DNA of 64,000 bases, taken from NCBI RefSeq assembly GCF_018350175.1, contig NC_058368.1, forward strand, positions 87,174,001 to 87,238,000. Reading direction: 5' to 3'. The translations under genes and the position numbers were made by a program. The stretch comes from Felis catus (lineage: Eukaryota). The notes below the pieces were generated by a model, which searched no databases, had not been told where the DNA came from, and worked only from the letters and a program-made list of their open reading frames with translations. Below, in pieces: positions 1 through 12,756 of this stretch; position 1 is the first letter of the stretch; every line of letters begins with the position of its first letter.

Positions 1-57
1 TAATTGTCATATTGTTAATTGCTTGTATAGTTATATATATTCATTGTTATTTTTTTA

Positions 58-288
58 TTTTTTTTATTTTTTTTTAATTTTTTTTCAACGTTTATTTACT
101 TTTGGGACAGAGAGAGACAGAGGATGAACGGGGGAGGGGCAGAGAGAGAGGGAGACACAGAATTGGAAACAGGCTCCAGGCTCCGAGCCATCAGCCCAGA
201 GCCTGACGCGGGGCTCGAACCCACGGACTGCAAGATCGTGACCTGGCTGAAGTCGGACGCTTAACCGACTGCGCCACCCAGGCGCCCC
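58..288 (-). mobile_element. Young Can-SINE (felid SINEC-type, tRNA-derived)
   Basis: Reverse complement starts GGGGCGCCTGGGTGGCGCAGTCGGTTAAGCG, with (CT)n tract and A-rich tail; CpGs retained; 16-bp TSD cattgttattttttta at 42-57 and 289-304. Confidence 0.95.
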
Positions 289-514
289 CATTGTTATTTT
301 TTTAATTGCTTTTAGTAATTGCCTTTGGAGATGACTAATCTGTGTGAAGTGTTTTACATTTTTTCCTAATATTTGTAACAAATCCACAAGTTAAATATTA
401 TGAATTTCATAAAGGTTAGGCAATTACAACACTACTAAGATTTTATGCTGAGATTTAACTCTAGATCTATCTATCCATAGACATGCTTACCATTTTGTCT
501 ATAACCCCTAACCA

Positions 515-641
515 TACAATAAGAAATATATAGGAATTTGGTCTTTGTGCCTGGTGGCACAAAGCTTCTAGGACCATTGGAATTTCTTGAGTGATTTGGA
601 TGAGAGGTACGTCTTTTGTTATTCATAATGAGTCCATTTCC
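515..641 (+). mobile_element. MER21-like LTR fragment
   Basis: aataagaaatata...ttggtctttgtgcc...ggcacaaagcttc...ggaatttcttgagtgat...gtcttttgttattcataatgag resembles the MER21 terminus and the reverse complement of 2900-3018. Confidence 0.6.
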
Positions 642-2099
642 CATATTTTCTCTATCCATTTAGTCGAACTACCTTTAGTCTGACCATTGGGAAAACTTCC
701 TTTTACTATCATATTTTAGGACATTCATAGGGACTGTCCTACAATCTTGTTCTTTTCACTCTGCTGCTGGTATAAGATGCTGTTACAGCTGTAAAAATGG
801 TACATACTTATTCTTTCTTTGTTAATGGCTAAATATTGTACAACTTTTATGGGCTTTTAGGTAGGGGAAGAGAAGCAAGAAAGGGCAGAGACACATGATA
901 ATGTTAGTCCATGAGTCGCGAAGGGAGCAATGGAGTGCATTAACACTTTTAAATTTTATTTAGTACCAAAAAATGAAAAAGAAAAAATGAAGGAAAATAA
1001 TTTTTAAAGTATTATATAAAAATTTTCAATATCTGAAGAAAAAACTTTAATTTGAATATTAACTTTCCCTGACTACTCGGAAAGATGAATGAAAATCCTC
1101 CAAAGTTTAAAGGCAGTTGTTTTCCTTTGCCTGCTTGTGGTTGTGATCAAACTCAGTAGATAACGTTTTACAGATTCATAATATAGCAGCAAGGAAGGGG
1201 CAGGAGGACTCTCTGGTCTCCCCATTTCCCCAAACATGCAGTATCTTCCTGACCTCAAGTCTAGGTCTAACTTAGCACAGCAGTGCAGATTCTCATCAAT
1301 TTATTCAGAGAAAGCCGAGAACAGAGGTCGTCCCAAAACCATGAAGCATAGCACTGGGCTCTGTTCTGCTCTTCTCTCAAGCCCTGTCTTGTACAGAGGA
1401 TAATAATAAACATTACTCATATTTTCCTCTACTTTCCTTAAGTGCCTGGGCTGATGGGTCATTTACTATCCCAAATGTTACCTAAATGCTTAACATGAAA
1501 TTAAGACATCCTGTCTGGAATTCAAGAAGATATACTCAAAGTGTGATTGTGCCTCAGATTGATGTCCAAAATAACTGAAATTAGCACCAAGTATTTCACA
1601 CACTTTCTGGCCCCATGTCCATAGAACTTGGGGAAGCCTCCAACAGAGCTATTCTGAGGCAGTGCAGCCTGCCTGAGGAGAAGTGAGGAAAGGTCTCCCT
1701 ATTTAGGAAGAGTGAATGCCTATCCTATTTGAGTATATGTCCTATAGTCACAGTAACAGTAGAAAAGATGTTTACATGCTATATTGGAAAGCCAACCACC
1801 TACTTTTGTGTATTGAACCCCTTTTCTGCCCAATACATCAGACCTTCTAGATTCCATCATAACTCTTGTCGCTCCTGCCCCTCTTGCTGCAACCATTTGC
1901 ACAATCTTTGATAGTTTCTCAAAGAAGCCGAGAGGTCCAGGATCACCCTACTTCCTGTCTGGGTCTCCTTGCATACTGTTTGCTGTGAAGATCATGCTGA
2001 AGTTAAGCTTGCACAGCCTTGAAATGAAAACACACTGACCACAAGAACAAGAGGTGATTGAGATGTGATTCCCCTTCATCCCTCAGGGAATTGATCGGA

Positions 2100-3018
2100 G
2101 ATGTATTTTGTGTGGGTGTTTTTCTCACACCAGCCAATTCTCTGACACCAGCTGGGTGTTACAATTTAATTCAATTTGTATAATATCTACCTAGAGATAG
2201 CATCAGACCCCCAGGTTAAGGACTCAGTCCCACAAGACTACCCTCACTTTAGAGGCCAAATGCAAATTCAACTGGTCACCTGTGCTTCTGAGCAACCAGC
2301 TATAAATCAGAGGCTCCCACATCTCCTTTCTAAGGTTTAATTACTTTACTAGAGTGGCTGAGAGAACTCAGAACAGTTTCTTAATAGATTACTGATATAT
2401 TTCAAAGGATATTAAGGGATACAAATAAAGAGCCAGATTAAGTGATACATGGGGGGAGTTCTAGAAGGGTCCCAAGCACAGTTTTTGTACTCATGGAAGT
2501 TGGAGTGCATCACCCTAACAGCACATGCATGGTTCTTGTTCACCAACCCAAAAGCTCCCCAAGCCCCTTACTTTCGAGTTCTTATGGAGTCTTCTTTACC
2601 TAGGATTTACTGATGAAACTATTGGCCATTAGTGATTGATTCAACTTCTAGCCACTCTCTCCACCCCAGATGTTGGGTAAGTTGTGGGGGCTGAAATTTC
2701 CAATTTTCTAATCACATGAGCGAGTCCCCTGGAAACAACCCTGATCTGGTGTTTATCAAGAGATTTTCCAAAAGTCACTTCATTATCATGAGTTCAAGTG
2801 TGGTTGAAAGGATTTTTTTTAATAAATAACAAATGACAGCCATTTAATCTTTATTGCTGTAAAGCTACTTCAGGAATCAAGGGGGAAAAAACAATATTAT
2901 AATGAAAGATTATTGCTCTAATCACTGAGGAAATTACAGGGGTTTGGGGAATTACATGCCAGGAAACGTGGACCATAGACCAAGACTAATGTATATATTT
3001 CAACCTCACAATACCACA
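2100..3018 (-). mobile_element. MER21-like solo LTR
   Basis: Characteristic blocks caattctctgacaccagctgggtgt, gagatagcatcagacccccaggttaaggactcagtcccacaagact and ctataaatcagagg; terminus ...caataccaca at 3018. Left boundary approximate. Confidence 0.75.
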
Positions 3019-3759
3019 ATTTCATACAGCTCTCTGGCCCCCACAGGACTGAGCACCAGTCACGCTTGGTCATGGCCAAATCCATCTTTGCCCTTGCCCT
3101 GCATCTCTGTTCTTAGAGATCATAGCCCAATTGCATTGGGCATGGCCTCTGCCTTGGGGGCATCCAGACTAAGGCTATTTCCTCAATTTCAGTACACAGC
3201 AATTTTTCTTCCAGCTTGGGACAGAGCAATGGATGAAGTGTCAGAAGCCATATGGTATCAAAAATTTGAAGGTTAAAAACTATGAGAACACTCAATATGG
3301 CAAGCTCCTCGTTCCAAGAGAAGAAACCAAAAGTTGAGAAACCTAACCAGAGAAGAGCACGCTCAGGGCTTCCTGGCAATTTTGGTCACTGACAATATCA
3401 CAGATATATTTTCATATCAATATATGTTGTGCACGTGCATACTGAAAACATCATTACCAAGGGCATTTTCCCATCTCCACCATTACAAATGAAACTACAT
3501 TCAATCCATATGTATCCAAATCCCTGAAATTTTGACTATTAGTTCTACATGATAGATCTTAGAATACTGAAGCAAATGATGTTCATATGTTTATATTTTA
3601 TGGACATCTTTAAATTATCCTTCAGAAACGATAAATTTATACTTTTACCAATTTAAGAAAGGCATGTAATCTCACAATTTTACTAACACTGGATTCTGTA
3701 GACCATTTCAGTCGTTGCTTGTCAGTCTTACTATTATCATTTGATAAAGAGTGAGGTTT

Positions 3760-3961
3760 TTAATATCTATTTATTTTTGATAGAGAGGAAGAGAGACAGG
3801 GTGGGGGGAGAGGTAGAGAGAGACAGAAAGAGAGACAGAAAATCGGAAGCAGGCTCTGCACTACCACCACAGAACCCAATGCAGGGCTCAAACCCACAAA
3901 CCATGAAATCATGACCTGAGCTGAAGTTGGACGCCTATGCAGCTGAGCCACCCAGGCACCC
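3760..3961 (-). mobile_element. Can-SINE (older, diverged)
   Basis: Ends gagccacccaggcaccc; (GA)n tract; imperfect TSD aagagtgag(g)tttt on both sides. Confidence 0.9.
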
Positions 3962-4024
3962 TAATCAAGAGTGAGTTTTAACACCTTCTAAAATGTTTTA
4001 GGACTATTTGTATTTCTTCATTAA

Positions 4025-4031
4025 CTTCTTT

Positions 4032-4075
<44 letters not shown>

Positions 4076-4139
4076 TCCTTTTCCTTCTTTCTTCTTCTTC
4101 TTCTTCTTCTTCTTCTTCTTCTTCTTCTTCTTCTTCTTC
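4025..4139. repeat. (TTTC)n/(CTT)n microsatellite
   Basis: Direct reading; produces the spurious poly-Phe ORF 4008..4244. Confidence 0.95.
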
Positions 4140-5469
4140 GTACTTTTGTTGTATGAATTTATTCCCCTATGCCACCACATAAGCAGCGAATATTTTTTCC
4201 CAGTGAAGTATTTATCTTTTTGCTATTTTTGTTTTGCTTTGTAGTACAAAACTTTTAATTTTTATGTACTAAACTCTGTCAATTATGAGTGGGTGCCATC
4301 TTGTGTTCATTATTTCATTAAATTAAATGAATTATTATTATTTGAACATATTTTATGTATGTGGCCTGTCTGGAGCTGCAAGACCAAAGAAACGACGTCA
4401 CTGCTTATAAGAGATCTACACAGTCACCAAATAAGAAAGCCAATAGCAAATGTAGGTGAAGAAAAGGACCAATGATCCAGTGGGATGAACTCAGAGGAGG
4501 TAACAGGAGATCTGGGAGCTGCCATATGAGCTCTCCCTGATGAAATAAAGGAGTGAGACACACAACATGGGTGTAGAATAAATCACAAGAGGAAGGAGAG
4601 CAAAGGGTTTAGCAGAGGAAGAGCTTTATGTGGAAAGGTCTGGTGTGGAAAGAGTGGTGGGAAGGTATTTCTGACACATCCTAGAGTTCCAGGTAATTAA
4701 GGGTCCTAGAGACTCAAGATGAATGTCGTCTTGTGTTTTCAGACTTTGGGAAAGGACATGATTTTATAGCTTGGTTCTTGAAATTACACTTAGAGATTTT
4801 GTTTACCTTGTTGTTTTATGATTTTCTATTCTATGTTTAGCTTTTAAATCCATTCCATCTGCAATGACTGGGTATGTGAGACAGAAAGAAAGAAAGGATT
4901 AAATTTAATATTTCCAAATGTTTAGTCAATAGTCCCCAAACAATTCATTTCATTAGTTACATTTTAACCATTGTCCTGAAATTATACCTTTTCCATATAC
5001 TAAATGTCCTATGTATATACATTTATTTGGAGAATAAAAATTTTGTGCATGTAATATTTAATAATTTCTGTATGAGTAACCCACTTTTAGCAACTGCGGC
5101 TTTATATGACATTTTATCATCTAGTTGATAAAGGCATGGATAATATTTGTTTCCTCCAGTTTAGAATTTTCACGGCTGTTATAATGTTTGCATTAGCAGA
5201 TTAAATGCCACAAGTTCCCTTCCTACTAATCCCAAGAATATCTTATTGCCACTTTGATTGGTATTGTGCTACATTATAAATGAATTTCAGGAGAATTCAC
5301 TTTTTTTTTGAGAACTAAGACCACTGTGTGCATAATGAAAATGGTCATGGAGCACAGAATTTGGGAAAATGGCATGATGTCAGGTCATACTTGCTGTGGA
5401 ACCTAGATTTTTAGTGACTATGTGTTCTCAGTTAAAAACCCACCTTTTTGATCACTGTTCTCTTCACTA

Positions 5470-6911
5470 TATACATACATACCACATCTTCTTTACTTAT
5501 TCATCAGTCAAGGGACATTTCGGCTCTCTCCATACTTTGAATATTGTTCATAATGCTGCTATAAACATTGGTGTGCATGAACCCCGTTGAATCTGTATTT
5601 TGTATCATTTGGGTAAATACCTTATGGTGCAATTGCTGGATTGTAGGGTATTTCTATATTTAGTTTCTTGAGGAACCTCTATACTATTCTCCAGATTGAC
5701 TGCACCAGTTTGCATTTCCACCAATAGTGCAAAGTGTCCCTGTTTCTCCACATCCTTCTCAACATCTGTTGTTTCTGGTGTTGTTTATTTTAGCAATTCC
5801 AAAATGTGTTAGGTGGTATCTCATCGTGGTTTTTATTTGTATTAACTTGGTGATAAGTAATGTTGAGCAAATTTTTCATGTGTCTGTTAGCCATCTTGGT
5901 GTCTTCTTTGGAAAAGTGTTTGTTCATGTCTTCTGCCCATTTCTTAACTGAATTATTTGGATTTGGGGTGTTGAGTTTGATAAGTTCTTTATAGATTTTT
6001 GATATGATCCCTTTATCTGATGTGTCATTTGCAAATGTCTTCTCCCATTCTGTAGGCTGATTTTTAATTTAGTATTTGGTTTCCTTCAATATGCATACGC
6101 TTTTTATTTTGATTAAGTCCCAATAGTTCATGTATGCTTTTGTTTCCCTCGCTTTCAGCAGCATGTCTAGGAAGAAGTTAAACCAACTGACATTAATTAA
6201 GTTGCTGCCTTTGTTCTCCTCTAGGATTTTGATAGTTTCCTGTCTTACATTTAGATCTTCCATTTTTTTTTAAATTTATTTTTATATATGGTGTAAGAAA
6301 GCGGTCCAGTTTCATTCTTCAGCATAATGCCATCCAGTTTTCCCAACACTATTTGTTGAAGAGACTGTCTTTTCTCATTGGATATTCTTGCTTGTTTTGT
6401 CAAAGCTGAGTTTATCATATACTTGTGGGTCAAGTTTTGGGTTTTCAATTCTGTTTCATTGATCTATGTATCTGTTTTTGTACCCGTACCACACTATCTT
6501 GATGACTACAGTTTTGTAATATAGCTTGAAATCCAGAATCATGATGCCTCTAGATTTTTTTTGTTTTGTTTTGTTTTTATTTTTCAGGACTGCTTTGGTT
6601 ATTCAGGGACTTTTGTAGTTTTATACAAATTTTAGGATTGTTTGTTCTAGCTCTGTGATAAATGCTGGTGTTATTTTGATAGGTATTACATTAAATGTAT
6701 TCTTTGGGTAGTATAAATATTTTAGCAACATTCAATCTTCCAATCCAAGACCATGTAATGCTTTTATATTTGTTTGTGTTCTCTTCAATTTCTTTCATAA
6801 GTGTTCTATACTTTTCAGAGTACAGATCTTTTACCTCTTAGTTAGATTTATTCCTACTTATCTTACTCTTTCTGGTGCAATTACAAAAGGGATTGAGTCC
6901 TTGAATTCTTT
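5470..6911 (-). mobile_element. Older carnivore L1, 3' part of ORF2 (host of the nested L1; continues at 12757)
   Basis: ORF2 C-terminal peptides ([24 protein letters not shown]); L1 sequence resumes collinearly after the nested element at 12757. Confidence 0.9.
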
Positions 6912-7249
6912 TTTTTTTTTCAATATATGAAATTTATATTCAAATTGGTTTCCATACAACACCCAGTGCTCATCCCAAAAGGTGCCCTCCTCAATACCCA
7001 TCACCCACCCTCCCCACACTCCCACCCCCCATCAACCCTCAGTTTCTTCTCAGTTTTTAAGAGTCTCTTATGCTTTGGCTCTCTCCCACTCTAACCTCTT
7101 TTTTTTCCTTCCCCTCCCCCATGGGTTTCTCTTAATTTCTCATAATCCACATAAGAGTGAAAACATATGGTATCTGTCTTTCTCTGTATGGCTTATTTCA
7201 CTTAGCATCACACTCTCCAGTTGCATCCACGTTGCTACAAAGAACCATA

Positions 7250-10200
7250 TTCCGTTCTTTCTCATTGCCACGTAGTACTCTATTGTGTATATAAACCACA
7301 ATTACTTTATCGATTCATCAGTTGATGGAAATGTAGGCTCTCCATAATTTGGCTATTGTTGAGAGTGCTGCCCGTGGGTAAATTCCTAGCAGTGCTATTG
7401 CTGGGTCATAGGATAGGTCTATTTTTAATTTTCTGAGGAACCTCCACAATGTTTTCCAGAGTGGCTGCACCAATTTGCATTCCCACCAACAGTGCAAGAG
7501 GGTTCCCGTTTCTCCACATTCTCGCCAGCATCTATAGTCTCCTGATTTGTTCATTTGGGGACTCTGACTGCCATGAGGTGATATCTGAGTGTGGTTTTGA
7601 TTTGTATTTCTCTGATAAGAAGCGATGTTGAGCATCTTTTCATGTGCCTGTTGGCCATCCGTATGTCTTCTTCAGAGAAGTGTCTATTCAAGTTTTCTGC
7701 CCATATCTTCACTGGGTTATTTGTTTTTCAGGTGTGGAGTTTGGTGAGCTCTTTATAGATTTTGGATACTAGCCCTTCGTCTGATATGTCATTTGCAAAT
7801 ATCTTTTCCCATTCCGTTGGTTGCCTTTTAGTTTTGTTGGTTGTTTCCTTTGCTGTGCACAAGGTTTTTATCTTCATAAGGTCCCAGTAGTTCATTTTTG
7901 CTTTTAATTCCCTTGCCTTTGGGGATGTGTCAAGTAAGAAATTGCTATGGCTGGGGTCAGAGAGGTCTTTTCCTGCTTTCTCCTCTAGGGTTTTGATGGT
8001 TTCCTGTCTCCCATTCAGGTCCTTTATCCATTTTGAGTTTATTTTTGTGAATGGTGTGAGAAAGTGGTCTAGTTTCCACCTTCTGCATGTTGCTGTCCAG
8101 TTCTCCCAGCACCATTGGTTAAAGAGACTGTCTTTTTTCCATTGGATGTTCTTTCCTGCTTTGTCAAAGATGAGTTGGCCATACTTGTGTGGGTCTAGTT
8201 CTGGGGTTTCTATTCTATTCCATTGGTCTATGTGTCTGTTTTTGTGCCAATACCATGCTGTCTTGATGATGACAGCTTTGTAGTAGAGGCTAAAGTCTGG
8301 GATTGTGATGCCTCCCGCTTTGGTCTTCTTCTTCAAAATTACTTTGGCTATTCGGGGCTTTTTGTGGTTCCATATGATTTTTAGAATTGCTTGTTCTCAT
8401 TTCGAGAAGAATGCTGGTGCAATTTTGATTGGGATTGCATTGAATGTGTAGATAGCTTTGGGTGTTATTGACATTTTGACAATATTTATTCTTCCAATCC
8501 ATGAGCATGGAATGTTTTTCCATTTCTTTATATCTTCTTCAATTTCCTTCATAAGCTTTCTATAGTTTTCAGCATACAGATCTTTTACATCTTTGGTTAG
8601 ATTTATCCCTAGGTATTTTATGATTCTTGGTGCAGTTGTGAATGGGATCAGTTTCTTTATTTGTCTTTCTCTTGCTTCATTATTAGTGTATAAGAATCAA
8701 ACTGATTTCTGTACATTGATTTTGTATCCTGAAACTTTGCTGACTTCATGCATCATTCTAGCAGACTTTTGGTGGAGTCTATCGGGTTTTCCATGTATAA
8801 TATTATGTCATCTGCAAAAAGTGAAAGCTTGACTTCATCTTTGCCAATTTTGATGCTTTTGATTTCCTTTTGTTGTCTGATTGCTGATGCTAGAACTTCC
8901 AACACTATGTTAAACAGCGGTGAGAGTGGACATCCCTGTCGTGTTCTGGATCTCAGGAAAAAAGCTGTCAGTTTTTCCCCATTGAGGAGGATGTTAGCTG
9001 TGGGATTTTCATAAATGGCTTTTTTGATGTTTAAGTATGTTCCTTCTATCCCGACTTTCTCGAGGGTTTTTATTAGGAAAGGGTGCTGAATTTTGTCAAA
9101 GGCCTTTTCTGCATCCATTGACAGGATCATATGGTTCTTATCTTTTCTTTTATTAATGTGATGTATCACGTTGATTGATTTGCGAATGTTGAACCAGTCC
9201 TGCATCTCAGGAATGAATCCCACTTGATCATGGTGAATAATTCTTTTTATCAACTGTTGAATTTGATTTGCTAGTATCTTATTGAGAACTTCTGCATCCA
9301 TCTTCATCAGAGATATTGGCCTGTAGTTCTCTTTTGTTACTGGGTCTCTGTCTGGTTTAGGAATCAAAGTAATACTGGCTTCATAGAATTAATCTGGAAG
9401 TTTTCCTTCCCTTTCTATTTTTTGGAATAGCTTGAGAAGGATAGGTATTATCTTTGCTTTAGACATCTGGTGGAACTCCCCTGGGAAGACATCTGGTCCT
9501 GGACTCTTATTTGTTGTGAGAATTTTGATAACTCATTCAATTTCTTTGATGGTTATGGGTCTGTTCAAGCTTTCTATTTCCTCCTGATTGAGTTTTGGAA
9601 GCGTGAGGGTGTTTAGGAATTGGTCCATTTCTTCCAGGTTGTCCAGTTTGTTGGCATATAATTTTTCATAGTATTCCCTGATAATTGCTTGTGTTTCTAG
9701 GGATTGGTTGTAATAATTCCATTTTCATTCATGATTTTATCTATTTGGGTCATCTCCCTTTTCTTTTTGAGAAGCCTGGCTAGAAGTTTGTCAATTTTGT
9801 TTATTTTTTCAAAAAACCAACTCTTGGTTTCATTGATCTGCTGTACAATTTTTTTAGATTCTATATTGTTTATTTCTGCTCTGATCTTTCTTATTTCTCT
9901 TCTTCTGCTGGGTTTAGGCTGTCTTTGCTGTTCTGCTTCTATTTCCTTTAGGTGTGCTGTTAGATTTTGTATTTGGGATTTTTCTTGTTTCTTGAGATAG
10001 GCCTGGATTGCAATGTATTTTCCTCTCAGGACTGCCTTCGTTGCATCCCAAAGCGTTTGGATTGTTGTATTCTCATTTTCGTTTGTTTCCATATATTTTT
10101 TAATTTCTTCTCTAATTGCCTGGTTGACCCACTCATTCTTTAGTAGGGTGTTCTTTAACCTCCATGCTTTTGGAGGTTTTCCAGACTTTTTCTTGTGGTT

Positions 10201-10909
10201 GATTTCAAGCTTCATAGCATTGTGGTCTGAAAGTATGCATGGTATGATCTCAATTCTTGTATATTTATGAAGGGCTGTTTTGTGACCCAGTATGTGATCT
10301 ATCTTGGAGAATGTTCCATGTGCACTGGAGAAGAAAGTATATTCTGTTGCTTTGGGATGCATAGTTCTAAATATATCTGTCAAGTCCATCTGATCCAATG
10401 TAATCATTCAGGGCCCTTGTTTCTTTATTGACCGTGTGTCTAGATGATCTATCCATATCTGTAAGTGGAGTGTTAAAGTCCCCTGCAACTACCACATTCT
10501 TATCAATAAGGTTGCTTATGTTTATGAGTAATTGTTTTATATATTTGGGGGCTTCTGTATTCGGTGCATAGACATTTATAATTGTTCACTCTTCCTGATG
10601 GACAGACCCTGTAATTATTCTATAATGCCCTTCTTCATCTCTTGTTACAGCCTTTAATTTAAAGTCTAGTTTGTCTGATATAAGTATGGCTACTCCAGCT
10701 TTCTTTTGGCTTCCAGTAGCATGATAAATAGTTCTCCATCCCCTCACTCTCAATCTGAAAGTGTCCTCAGGTATAAAATGAGTCTCTTGTAGACAGCAAA
10801 TAGATGGGTCTTGTTTTTTTATCCATTCTGATACCCTATGTCTCTTGGTTGGTGCATTGAGTCCATTTACATTCAGTGTTACCATAGAAAGATAAGGGTT
10901 TAGAGTCAT
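7250..10909 (-). pseudogene. L1 ORF2p (endonuclease-reverse transcriptase), disrupted
   Basis: EN motifs TLNVNGLN, CCLQETH, SDHN; RT motifs [18 protein letters not shown]; Cys-rich C-terminus [18 protein letters not shown]; split into at least five ORFs. 3' boundary approximate. Confidence 0.92.
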
Positions 10910-10959
10910 TGTGATGTCCGTAGATTTCATGCTTGTAGCAATGTCTCTGGTACTTTGTC

Positions 10960-11854
10960 TCACAGGATCCCCCCTAGAATCTCTTGTAGGGCTGGTTTAG
11001 TGGTGACGAATTCCTTCAGTTTTTGTTTGTGTGGGAAGACCTTTATCTCTCCTTCTATTCTAAATGACAGACTTGCTGGATAAAGGATTCTTGGCTGCAT
11101 ATTTTTTCTGTTCATCACATGGAAGATCTCCTGCCATTCCTTTCTGGCCTGCCAAGTTTCAGTAGAAAGAGCCGTCACAAGACTTATCGGTCTCCCTTTA
11201 TATGTTAGGGCATGTTTATCTCTAGCTGCTTTCAGAATTTTCTCTTTATCCTTGTATTTTGCCAGTTTCACTATGATATGTTGTACAGAAGATCAATTCA
11301 AGTTATGTCTGAAGGCAGTTCTCTGTGCCTCTTCGATTTCAATGCCTTTTTCCTTCCCCAGATCAGGGAAGTTCTCAGCTATGATTTCTTCAAGTACACC
11401 TTCAGCACTTTTCCCTCTCTCTTCCTCCTCTGGAATACCAATTATGTGTAGATTATTTCTCTTTAGTGCATCACTTAGTTCTCTAATTTTCCCCTCATAC
11501 TCCTGGATTTCTTTTATCTCTCTTTTTCTCAGCTTCCTCTTTTTCCTTAATTTTATCTTCTAGTTCACCTATTCTCTCCTCTGCCTCTTCAATCTGAGCC
11601 ATGGTCGTTTCCATTTTATTTTGCAGCTCATTGATAGCATTTTTTAGCTCCTCCTGACTGTTCCTTAGTCCCTTGATCTCTGTAGCAATAGATTCTCTGC
11701 TGTCCTCTATACTGTTTTCAAGCCCAGCGATTAATTTTATGACTATTATTCTAAATTCACTTTCTGTTATATTGTTTAAATCATTTTTGATCAGTTCATT
11801 AGCTCTTTCTATTTCCTGGAGATTCTTTTGAGGGGATTTCTTCCTTTTGGTCAT
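10960..11854 (-). pseudogene. L1 ORF1p (coiled-coil/RRM/CTD), frameshifted
   Basis: MTKRKKSPQKNLQE...coiled-coil heptads (ORF 11495..11893) and ...YPASLSF...KPALQEIL C-terminus (ORF 10960..11271) are separate ORFs. Confidence 0.9.
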
Positions 11855-12756
11855 TTTGAATAGTCCCTGGAGTGGTGCGGACTTGCACGGCACTTTCCCT
11901 GTGCTGTCTTGAATAACTTGCGTTGGTGGGCGGGGCTGCAGTCAGACCTGATGTTTGCCCCCAACCCACCGCTGGGACCACCATCAGACTGGTGTGTACT
12001 TTCTCTTCCCCTCTCCTAGGGGCAGGATTCACTGTGGGGTGGTGTGGCCCGTCTGGGTTACTTGCACACTGCCAGGCTTGTGGTGCTGGCAGTATTAGCT
12101 AATATGGCGTATTAGCTGGGGTGGATAGGCAAGGTGCAAAGGGGTGTGAGGGGCAGGCTTAAATCGCTTCTCCCTCAGTGATCCGCTTCGGGAGGGGCCC
12201 TGTGGCAGCTGGAGGGAGTCATCCCACCCGCCAGAGGAATGGATCCACAGAAGCACAGCATTGGGTGTTTGTGTGGTTCCCTTTGGGATTTTGGCTAGGG
12301 GGTGAGTGAGGGAGATGGCGCTGGCGAGTGCCTTTGTTCCCCGCTAAACTGAGCTCTGTTGTCCCTGGGCTCAGCAATTCTCCCTCCCGTTGTCCTCCAG
12401 CCTTCCCACTCTCCGAGCAGAGCTGTTAGCTTATAACCTTCCAGATGTTAAATCCCGCTCACTGTCTGAACATACTCCGTCCAGCCCCTCTGCTTTTGCC
12501 AGCCAGACTCAGGGTCTCTGCTTGGCCGGCAGGCTGCCCCTCCACCCCAGCTTCATTGCGCCAGTCCCTGTAGTGCACACCGCCTCGCCGCCCTTCCTAC
12601 CCTCTTCCGTGTGCCTCTCATCTGTTCTTGGCTCTGGAGACTCCATTCTGCTAGTCTTCTGGCCATTTTTGGGTTATTTAGGCAGGTTTAGGTGGAATGT
12701 AAGTGACCAGCAGGACACGGTGAGCCCAGCATGCTCCTACGCCGCCATCTTTTCTC

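Larger units (their letters stand above)
6912..12756 (-). mobile_element. Near full-length young felid-type L1 (~5.85 kb) nested in an older L1; ORFs disrupted
   Basis: 5' end ...AAGATGGCGGCGTAGGAGCATGCTGGGCTC at ~12756; ORF1 and ORF2 present; 3'UTR and poly-A at ~6912-6920; 13-bp TSD ccttga(a/t)ttcttt at 6899-6911 and 12757-12769. Confidence 0.95.

Noticed and set aside
1080..2090. Faint OR-like words (e.g. STAVQILINLF near 1275-1310) suggesting a decayed OR pseudogene
   Set aside because: No MAYDRY, KAFxTC or PxLNP motif found by eye in a consistent order; would need a profile-HMM or tblastn hit.
3113..3379. Hydrophobic 88-aa ORF with LWLGFS resembling an OR N-terminus
   Set aside because: No downstream GN/PMY motifs; the similarity is too short to support.
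6912..12756. Possibly active, retrotransposition-competent L1
   Set aside because: ORF1 is split, ORF2 is broken by several stops/frameshifts, and there are small internal deletions (e.g. ~7370).
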